Of a DNA stretch of 60,269 bases, positions 50,089-60,269 are shown in pieces. The notes under the pieces were generated by a model. It had not been told where the DNA came from. It saw nothing but the letters and a program-made list of their open reading frames with translations, and searched no databases. This DNA is from Catajapyx aquilonaris (lineage: Eukaryota). How positions within the stretch are numbered: the first letter of the stretch is position 1; every line of letters begins with the position of its first letter. The DNA is taken from assembly GCA_000934665.2 (NCBI GenBank), contig JYFJ02002245.1, forward strand, positions 1 to 60,269. Direction: 5' to 3'. The position numbers and the translations under genes were made by a program.

Positions 50089-50877
50089 GGCTTCCACTCG
50101 ACAATATGTTGCTGCGGTTTGCTGCCTTCCTTGTCCTCCACCTTCCTCCTTGGCTTCTCCAAACACCCTTGAACCCTGTGGGGGTTCCGGATCGACCTTC
50201 TGTCCTCCCAACAATCAAGCCTCAACCGATCTGCGGCTGGCCAACAATCAACCGAGACCCGAAAGAAGAAGAATAACAATCAAAAAGTTACAAACGAAAT
50301 TCGAACTGTCCATTGTCGGCGGCCATCTTTGGATATCATTCGGTACACTGTTGCCAGATAACCGGATAGAGTTAAACCCGACAAAATATAGTGCAATGAT
50401 ACAATCCGTTTTATAAAAATATGCAAATTTGTGCATTTAATAAATTAAATGGCTGCTCATTACCTGACTTCATTAGCGAAATTATGGACCGCGTCCGGAT
50501 TTGCAGTGACGCGTCGTGTGGTTGTGTCCGAATATAATGAGAAGGGAACGGACCGGATGCGGCGGTGGGAACGCGCCCAAGATGGCGTCCGATATATTTG
50601 TTGATTTTTTAAGTTGTCGCGAGGGTCTATTTAGCTCAAGAATCTGGTGATTTGCAAGGCCTTTTGGCACGGGTTTTGCACTATCGAAGAGTGGGACATG
50701 GTTTGCAAGATTGTACGTGATCCAGTTCGACCACTCCACAAGCCCTAGGAGCGCAAGATAGTAATGTACTAACACCAAGTCCTACCATCCGGCACGTGCC
50801 TCTTTGGTATGTAGTGTCAAACGTGTGGAAATGAAGATATTAATTTTTGTGGTCCTTGCATTTTACAGTGGTTTAAA

Positions 50878-52452
50878 ATGCCCACTTGCGGGATACCATT
50901 CTGCAGGTCCGGCTATGCTGGCACAACAGCAAAAAACAAGTGGAAAGGGATTCGCCATCCGTCACTTTTCAGACCAAAAAGTCAGGTACGTAAACACGTG
51001 TGTGGCTGCACCCAACTGAAATATTATTAAGAGTATTATTGCACTTGGAATAACAGCCATCGTTGTTACTTTCTTGGCTTCTATAAGCTTATCTACCTTA
51101 ACTTCGTGTGGAAGGAAAGGGGCTATTGAACCTTACGACGGAGGGAGGGAAATACATAATTTTTTCTCGTTTCAATGCAAACTTATCAGTTACGTAGGTT
51201 ACATTCAGTAAGGTATGTAGTCTGCGAGTTATTGACCAGTGCTCCAGATATTTTCCTTTTTGGTCGTGACGAGATGATCGGGAGAACCGCAAGTTCCACA
51301 AATTTTAGTTCAGCTTCTCTCCTAGGCTCTGGGAAGTTCGGGGGTAGGTCACGGAGGGTAGGCAGTAAGAGTCCCAGGGAAATGTCGTGATGGTGATCAT
51401 GATGATGAGGTTTGAACATTAACCTAACATTTTCTTCTACACTATAGATCCACAACTGAAGTGACAAAGACATGCACAAGCATATGTATATCGTCAGGTC
51501 GTGACTCAATGCAGGCCTTTGATAATTAGGAGTGAAGAAATAACATCCGGAAACAGAATGAAAACTTTGTTATGCATCTCATTATGTGCAAGACGCTAAC
51601 ACCGATCTTTACTATTTGCAGGATGAAGCTGACAGGTGGAACAGAAGGGCAAAGGTTGATCCTCCACTGACACTGAAAACATCTGTGTGTGGACTGCATT
51701 TCAGGGAGGAGGACATTAGAAGTCCATGCGACACGATAACAATAAAACCCGGCATCCGAGACAGGGAGGGTAATGTGGTCCCTCAAGGAACAGTTGTAGC
51801 GACGTTAAGTAGGGTAAAGAAATCCTTGGTACCAGGAGCTGAACCATGTATATTTGAAGGGTATCCACAATACCTGCTGAATCGGCCTCCGCAACGAAAG
51901 AGGAAAGCACCAAAAGTCCGCAATGCCACAGGCATTTAAAAAATTGCACTTCCACATCCCCAACTACCTCTTCCCACGGTCGCTGCTGAAAGTGACACAC
52001 GGATCCATGAACTGCAAGCACCCCAATCTGATGAATCTGTGGCCGGTGGGAATGGTGTTCCTTGGTCAACAGAAAAAGTGAAAATGTAAATGCGAAACCC
52101 TCAATGGAACACATTTGAGTTTGACAATCACGTGGCAATAATTCATCTCACGCCGAAACTCGTTATGGACAAGACAATTACCATTCAAGGAAACAAGCCT
52201 CCCATCGTAACTATAAATGGAGTGGAAGTTATTCAAGGGACCGCAAACAATGTGAAAACTGTGGAAGAGGTGTCGAAACTGCTGGAGAAGTTGGAAGAGA
52301 CGAGAGCCTGCATTGGAACTGGGTTACGGAACAATCAATTCAGCTTCTCTTGCTCAGGTGCTGTGGAGTCAAAGTGTAGACGAAGATGTGACCAGTGCAT
52401 GCTCTTGAAGGAAAGGGAAAGGAAATTGTCTGACAGGATAAAAAGAAAATGA
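50878..52452 (+). mobile_element. THAP-domain gene / truncated P-element-like transposase N-terminus, copy A; exons 50878-50985 and 51622 onward, stop at 51939 with degraded continuation
   Basis: Spliced MPTCGIPFCRSGY...SLFRPKSQ|DEADRW...VCGLHFREEDI...SLVPGAEPCIFEGYPQYL gives the C2CH THAP signature with an AVPTIF-like box. No catalytic domain seen. Confidence 0.8.
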
Positions 52453-54614
52453 AAAAAACATGCGGGTGCAAAGGAGAGGTGGCAGGATGAGATCACTAGC
52501 CGGAGCAAAGAAAACCTGCTACAGACTGTAAGTGATCGACATTCCAAATTTTATTTTTTTCATGTTAGCCCTGGTCATGCTACGGCATTTATTTTGTGTA
52601 AAACTGGAGTCTAGTGTCCCCCAAAAAGGGAACTGCCCTAGCAAGGGGCTGTGAAATAAATAAATAAATAAAACGGAACTAGCAGCACATTAATCATTTT
52701 CAATCATTACCGCACATTGCGTTAATTTCAATTCCAGGCGTACATTTACAATCCAGCCAAATGCGCATTGGTGTACAAACTATCGCTGGTCATTCATCAT
52801 GTGGATTCAGACACCACGCAGTATGGCTGTGAGTGTCAATAGAATAAGGCACTGCAATCCTGCGAAGTATTGCAAGCACAAGTTTAACAAAGCGACAAAC
52901 GGTACGTTGGGAAAGTACAACATAAGAAATTAATACTGGCCATGAATACTGGCATTGTCTCGTCTCTAAAAGTAGATTAGTGACAGCCTGTTCATGTTCA
53001 TATTTTCAGGAGGAATTAGGATCAGCGTAACCAAGAGCTAGCTAGTAATAATAAACAATCAGCGCAGCGATGCTCATCGCACATTGAAACGCTCACATGT
53101 AAAGGCGGCATTATTATCATGTCTGGCCTTTTTTACAACAATATTATGTCACATCGGATGTGATTGGTTGGGAATAAGGGTTGGAGAATATCACAGTGCT
53201 GCAAAGAACTGCAAGCAGGTTGGCACGATAAACACAGAAAGTATCTTTCAGTTACATTTCTTGTTGTGTACCAACACATTAATCTTATTACAACGTAAAT
53301 CATGGCTGTTCATACGTACATAGATGAACCAGAAGGACAACATAGCTTGTCTGAACTAGTGTTTAAGCATGTGCAAGGTCACATCTTTGCTTTGGATTAC
53401 CCTGAAACTGGATTCAGGACTTGGTGGATTTAACCCGTATGGCAATGATATGAGAATCAATTTGTGCAATGTTTGATTATTCAGAAGTTCACTCCAGATA
53501 AAACCGACTTCATGGGCCTGCAAAAAAAAAAGGCTGTTATAACCTAGATCTGTTATATAGCCAAACCGCCACTTTTTGGAACACATATACACATGTTATC
53601 TACCTGCTGTATGGCTATATTGCACACTAGGCCTACTGCAGACTGATTAATGAGAACGATCCACTAAAATAGCTCACCCGTAAATTATGCAGTACCCAAA
53701 TAATCAGCCATTTTCTTTTGCCGTCTCCTTTTTGCCAAATATACCAGGAAAATTGTTGCAATGTCAGTGGTAAATGGGACAACCACCCTCGCTCCAGCAT
53801 GCAGTGTTTTCCTACGTGTGAGAAATGGGCAATCGAAAGCAGCATATTTTCCCTCCCAGCCTCCCAGGGGCTTAGAAATTGTCTGTTATAGTCGCAGACA
53901 TGAGGTGATAAATGAGTCTGCTATAAGTTTTGAGGAATAAAAATACACAGGACGGCAGGGCCTTATGGAAGTATGCCGAAAGCTGCCTTGAGACTCTGTT
54001 ATAGGCAAGGCTATGATAGTAACCTGTAGTATCCTGACCAACCAGTATGTTATTACTCTTATTAGGTGCTACGCTCTGGTCAGGAATGACAATTCAATAC
54101 AACAACAACAATACAATATCAGAAAAGGGTCTCAAAAAGGGCACTGCCCTAGCAAGGGGCTGTGAAATAAATAAATAAATGGAAGGGAACTGGCCGCACA
54201 TTAATCATTTTCAATCGTCACCGCATATTGCTTTAATTTCAATTCCAGGCGTACATTTTCAATACAGCCAAACGCTCATTCGGTGTACAAACTATCGCTG
54301 GTCTTTCAACATGTGGATTCAGACCTATCGCAGTGATTGGCAATTAAATAAGGCACTGCAATCCTGCAAAGTATTGCAAGCACAAGTTTAACAAAAGTGA
54401 CAAACAGTGTGTTGGGAAAGTACAACATGAGAAATTAATACTGGCCATGAATACTAAGTGTTTCAAAAAGGAGATTAGTGACAACTTTTAACCTTAAGAT
54501 TATCTCGTAACAACTCAACCATCCTTACGCATTTCAAATTCCTACAGATCATGAGTTTCACTTCAAACTCATTTCATCCACCGTAAGGGCTGTAAAATTA
54601 CTTTTTTTGTTTGT

Positions 54615-55808
54615 TCATGTGCGACATGGATTTCTTAGGATTTGAAGCTTGCTGTTCACGGCCTGGAACTGACCCAGGGCCTCTGCTCTCAGGTCCAGCT
54701 TCCAGCACCACTTGAGTTGGAGGTACTGGAGATCGTGGCACCTCCTCACCAGGTCTAGGAGCGGGGCATTGGTGACCTCGCAGGTACTCAACAAGCAGAG
54801 ATGAGTGAGACGCGGGCAGTTTGCAGCAATGGCTGATATGCAATTGTCATCCACAGTTGGGAAATCCTCAAAACTAAGTTTCTCAAGGCTGCCGACCACG
54901 TTTGGCTTGGAGAAAAACATCAGCAAACCTTGTGCAGTGCAGCGGGAGGCGTATCGCAGGCTCAAGCTGCGGAGGTTCCGCAGTCTTCCGATCCCATCGT
55001 TCAGGCCAGCATCGGTCAAGTAAGTACATGTGATATTCAGCTCCTCCAGCTGCGGGAAGTGTGCGAGGAGAAGGAAGGACTCCAGCTTACGGAATCCACT
55101 TGTGAGTTTCCTCAGCTGGCCCAGAGTGTGGGCCAACAGCTCCACTTCCCTCTCGTCCTCGTGTGTTTGAAGTGACAGTTCGGTGAGTTTCGGCCAGTTT
55201 CTCCCAGTGGCCTCGTTCGATAGTGGAGGTAACAACACATTCCTTATGGTTATTGTTGCTAGTTCGTGGCAGGAACTCACAACGTCCAGGGGATGCTTGG
55301 AGTACTCTTCTTTCCAATAGAAAGTTTCTAGGTGGATGCGCTGCAGTTGGCTGCACCTGCGTCATAAAAATTAAAATAATGAACTGATGATCAATGATGC
55401 TTTATGCACTACGTTCACCAAAAATCCGCCGTTTACTTACTCTCGTGCAATCAGTTCCAGGACATTCTGTGACACCGGGGAACGACGAACACTCAGCCAC
55501 TTCAGATGAGGAAGATTCTCAGCTACTGCTTTCATCAATGAATCACCAATCACTCTACAATTCCAATTCATCACCGTAACTGACTCCAGATGGTTCTTGT
55601 TGCTCGTGATCATCTGCACCGATTCCTTCAGAGTCAAACGCCGACCGTTCAATACCATCCTCTTCCTAAGCCCCAGCCACTCCCTGGACACCCTGAACCA
55701 ATCCTTGCACACCCGCGTGCTATTATCGAGGGATTCCCAGTCCAGGTACGAGAACACCTTAGCCTTCATCTCGTCAGGCAGGCTGGAAAAGGTCCAGAAA
55801 TTGCGCAT
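54615..55808 (-). CDS. F-box/LRR array copy 8; exons 55808-55441, 55356-54615
   Basis: F-box and LRR exons are open. The normal acceptor is deleted, but an in-frame ATG lies at 55808. Confidence 0.7.
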
Positions 55809-56569
55809 GTAAACAAGTAATATTCTTTTAAAGTACAGGTATTGTGAGTCTCTGCGGCCCAGTCACCGAGGTAATTAGCTTCATGTCATCCCGCACTCAC
55901 CTTTGCTTCCACTCGACAACGTAGGTTGATGCCTCCCATGGCCCCACACGAGCCTCCTTCTCCTCCCGAGTCTTGGCCTCAGCTTCTGGTCTTCCTGTTG
56001 CCTTCCCCTAGCCCACATCCTGGGCACCCAACCCACCAGCAATAATCTGAAAAGGAAATCAGTGCAACTTGTGGCGGTCTGGATATTTCCTCGTAATGGA
56101 ACGGATCCGGTTGAACCGGACAAATGGTGCCCAATCATGCAATTCCAGATTTGCACATTACATTAATTAATGGTTGCTCATTACCTGACATTCATTATCA
56201 TCATAATTATGGGCTGCGTCCGGATTTGCCGTGACGCGCATATTATGTGGTTGTGTCCGAATATGATGAGAAAGGGAACGGACCGGATGCGGCGGTCGGA
56301 ACGCACCCAAGATGGCGTCTCATGTTGATTGATTTAGCTCGATTTAGCTCAATTGATTTGCACGGCCTTTTGGCACGGGTTTTGCACTATCGAAGAGTGG
56401 GACATGGTTTGCAAGATTGTACATGATCCAGTTCGACCACTCCACAAGCCCTAGGGGCGCACGATAGTAATGTACTAACAACAGTCCTACCATCTGGCAT
56501 GTGCCTCTTTGGTATGTCAAACGTGTGGAAATGAAGATATTAATTTTTGTGGTCCTTGCATTACAGTAA

Positions 56570-58105
56570 ATTCCCAGGTGCCGGATACCATTCTGCAGGT
56601 CCGGCTATGCTGACCCAAGAGCAGAAAACAAGAGAAAAGGGATTCGCAATCCGTCACTTTTCAGACCAAAAAGTCAGGTACGTAAACACGTGTGTAGCTG
56701 CACCCAACTGAAATATTATTAAGAGTATTATTGCACTTGGAATAACAGCCATCGTTGTTACTTCCCTGGCTTCTAAGCTTATCTACCTTAAATTCGTGTG
56801 GAAAGAAAAGGGCTATTGAACCTTACGACCGAGGGAGCGAAATACATAATTTTTTCTCGTTTCAATGCAAACTTATCAGTTATGTAGGTTATGTTCAGTA
56901 AGGTTTGTAGTCTGCGAGTGATTGACCTGTGCTCCAGATATTTTCCTCTTGAGATGATCGGGAGAACCGCAAGTTCCACAAATTTTAGTTCAGTTTCTCT
57001 CCTAGGTTCTGGGAAGTTCGTGGGTAGGTCACGGAGGGTAGGTAGTAAGAGTCCCTTGTAGGGAAATGTCGTGCGTGAATAGCGTGATGGTGATCATGTA
57101 TAGATCGACAACTAAAGTGACAAAGACATGCACAAGCATATGTATATCGTCAGGTCGTGACTCAATGTAGGCCTTAATAAACATAACAGCCAGAAACAGA
57201 ATGAAATCTTTGTTGTGCATCTCATTATGTGCAAGACACTAACACAGAGCTTTACTATTTGCAGGATGAAGCTGTCAGGTGGAGCAGAAGGGCAAAGGTT
57301 GATCCTCCACTGACACTGAAAACATCTGTGTGGGAAGTGCATTTCAGGGAGGAGGACGTTAAAAGTCCATGCGACACGATAACAATAAAACCCGGCGTCC
57401 AAGACAGGGAGGGTAATGTGGTCCCTCGAGGAACAGTTGTAGCGACGTTAAGTAGGGTTAAGAAAACCTTGGTACCAGGAGCTGAACCATGTATATATTT
57501 TGAAGGGTATCCACAATACCTGAATCGGCCTCCGCAACTAAAGAGGAAAGCACCAAAAGTCCGCAAAAATATTGCACTTCAACAGCCAGCTGTGGCCTCA
57601 ACTGCCCCACCCATTCCCCAACTACCCCACGGCCGCTGCTGAAAATGACACACAGATCCATGAAGCACCCCAATCTGATGAACCTGCTGCCGGTGGGAAT
57701 GGTGTTCCTTGGTCAACAGAAAAAGTGAAAAGGTTGAAAATGCGAAACCCTCAATGGAACACATTTGAGTTTGACTATCACATGGCAATAATTCATCTCA
57801 CACCGAAACTCTTTACGGACAAAACAATTACCATTCAAGGAAACAAGCCTCCCATCGTAACTATAAATGGAGTGCAAGTTATTCAAGGGAGCGCAATAAA
57901 CAATGTGAAAACTGTGGAAGAGGTGTTGAAACTGCTGGAAAAGCTGGAAGAGACGAGAGCCTGCATTGGAACTGGGTTACGGAACAAGCAATTCAGCTTC
58001 TCTTGCTCAGGTGCTGTGGAGTCAAAGTGTGGACGAAGATGCGACCAGTGCATGCTCCTGAAGGAAAGAGAAAGGAAATTGTCTGGCAGGATAAAAAGAA
58101 AATGA
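56570..58105 (+). pseudogene. THAP/P-element-like copy B, degraded
   Basis: Paralogue of 50878-52452. ATG lost, VCGLHF changed to VWEVHF, frameshift near 57600. Confidence 0.75.
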
Positions 58106-58941
58106 AAAAGAAAGATGCGGGTGCAAAGGAGAGCTGGCAGGATGAGATCACTAGCCACATTCCAAATTTTTTATTTTTCATGTTAGCCCTGGTCATGCTA
58201 CAGCATTTATTTTGTACGAACTGGAGTCTAGTGTCCCCCAAAAAGGGCACTTCCCTAGCAAGGGGCTGTGAAATAAATGAATATAAAAATAAAAGGGAAG
58301 TGGCTGCATATTGATCATTTTCAATCATTACCGCATATTGCTTTAATTTCAATTCAAGGCGTACATTCCCAATACAGCCAAATGCGGATTGGGTGTACAA
58401 ACTATCCCTGGTCATTCAACATGTGGATCACCACGCAGTATGGCAGTGATTGTCAATTAAATAAGGCACTGAGATCCTGCAAAGTATTGCAAACACAAGT
58501 TTAACAAAGCGACAAACGGTACGTTGGGAAAGTACAATAGAAGAAATTAATACTGGCCATGAATACTGACATTGTTTATAAAAGTAGATTAGTGACAGCC
58601 TGTTCATGTTCATATTTTCAGGAGGAATTAGAATTAGCGTAACTGACGCAACAAACCTTGCCAAGTTGCGCCAGTTACAACTATCATTTCTCGACTATTC
58701 CATGGCTCTGCTGCTATCTGGCAGCACAACGTTGCCATGCGCCTTCTTCGCCTGACATAATGACATAATGATTCTGCTTTGAATAAGTCATAGCCACCTC
58801 ACAAGGCCCGACTGAATATTTGAATAATTACTCTTCCGGAGTGGAATTACCCTCCACCATAAGGGCTGTCCATTTTTTTTTGGTTCATGTGCAACGTGAA
58901 ACCCTTAGGATATGACGTTGTAACTGTGAGTGATGCGTCAA

Positions 58942-60144
58942 TCAGGTGGAATCAGGGATATATGCATAAATTTGAAGCTTGCTGTTCAAGGCCTGGAACT
59001 GACCCAGGGCCTCTGCTGTCAGGTTCACCTTCACGCACCAGTTGAATTGGAGGTACCGGAGGTTGCTGCATCTCCTCACCAGGTCTAGGAGCGGGGCTTT
59101 GGTGACCTCTTTGGAACTCAACAGGCAGAAATGAGTCAGACCAGGGCAGTTTGCAGCAATGGCTGATATGCAACTCTCGTCAAGAGTTGAGCAAACCTCA
59201 AGGCTAAGTTTCTCAAGGCTGCCAACCACGTTTGGATTGGAGAAAAACATCTGCCAACCTTGTGCAGTGCAGCCGGTGGCGTATCGCAGGCTCAAGCTAC
59301 GGAGGTTCTGCAGTCTCCCGATCCCATCGTTCAGGCCAGCATCGGTCAAGAAAGTACAACGTGTGATATTCAGCTCCTCCAGCTGCGGGAAGTGTGCGAG
59401 GAGAAGGAAGGACTCCGACTTACTGAATGAACTAATTGCGAGTTTCCTCAGCTGGCCTCCCAGAATGCGGGCCAACTGTTCCCCGTCCCTCTCGCCCCTG
59501 AATGGGGTAAGTGACAGTTCTGTGAGTTTCGGCCAGTTACTCCCAGTGGCCTCGTTCGATAGTGGAGGTAACTCCACATTCCTGATGGTTATTGTTGCAA
59601 GTTCTTGGCAGGAACTCATAATGTCCAGGGGATGCTTGGAGTCCCCTGTATTCCAATAGATATTATCTAGGTGGATGCGCTGCAGTTGGCAGCACCTGTG
59701 TCATAAAAATTAAAATAATGAACTTATGATCAATGATGCCTTATGCAATACATTCACCAAAAATCCGCCGGTTACTTACTCTCGTGCAATCAGTTCCAGC
59801 ATATTCTGTGACATAGAGGTATCACGAATATTGAGACGCTTCAGGTGAGGAAGATTCTCAGCTACTGCTTTCAGCAATGAATCAGCATTCACTATTTTCC
59901 ATTTCTCCACAGTAACTGACTCCAGATGGGTCATGTTGCTCGTGATCATCTGCACCGATTCCTCCAGAGTCAAACCCCGACCGTTCAATGCCAGTCTCTT
60001 CCTTAGACCCAGCCACTCCCTGGCCACCCTGCACCAATCCTTGCACACCAGTACGACACTCATACCGAGGGTATGCTCCCGCAGGTACGAGAACACCTTC
60101 GCCTTCATCTCGTCAGGCAAGCCGGAAAAGGTCTTGACGCTAGC
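58942..60144 (-). CDS. F-box/LRR array copy 9, exon 1 outside the window; exons 60144-59780, 59695-58942
   Basis: Open frame, conserved splice sites. Confidence 0.85.
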
Positions 60145-60188
60145 CTGCAATTGTCCAGAAATTGCGTATGTAAACAAGTAATATTCTT

Positions 60189-60269
60189 TTAACCCTTAAC
60201 TACGTAGGTGGAGCCTGAGAGGCTCCAACGGTATATTTAAATTTCTGCTTATCAACTAAATTGTTATAT
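60189..60269. mobile_element. Probable piggyBac-type element end inserted at TTAA in intron 1 of copy 9
   Basis: Homology to copy 8 stops at TTAA, followed by CCCTT and the hairpin ggagcctgagaggctcc. Confidence 0.55.

Noticed and set aside
53030..54130. Unique 1.1-kb insert in the array
   Set aside because: No termini, TSD or coding signal that I could support.

Overview
Eukaryotic genomic DNA, very probably arthropod: short GT-AG introns, an intronless ionotropic receptor and a GMC oxidoreductase. The left half (1-24 kb) is an ordinary gene-dense block: the 3' part of parvin, a single F-box/LRR gene, two C2H2 zinc-finger genes, a glucose-dehydrogenase-type GMC oxidoreductase, a divergent ionotropic receptor and a WS/DGAT-like acyltransferase, with Helitron and MITE remnants between them. 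A 2.3-kb Helitron and a 2.3-kb foldback with tRNA-like heads follow. The right half (29-60 kb) is a minus-strand tandem array of F-box/LRR (FBXL-like) genes. About seven copies look intact, one is frameshifted, one is broken, and there are at least five fragments. The LRR scaffolds are conserved, but the residues just after each LxxLxL strand are hypervariable. The array also shows exon shuffling (an in-frame LRR/exon-1 fusion and an F-box exon replaced by a Myb/SANT-like gene), a repeated promoter-like block with YY1-type motifs, and two head-to-head THAP/P-element-like genes. The best candidate for a novel system is this rapidly diversifying SCF-adaptor repertoire. Exon boundaries were read by eye; no database searches were run.
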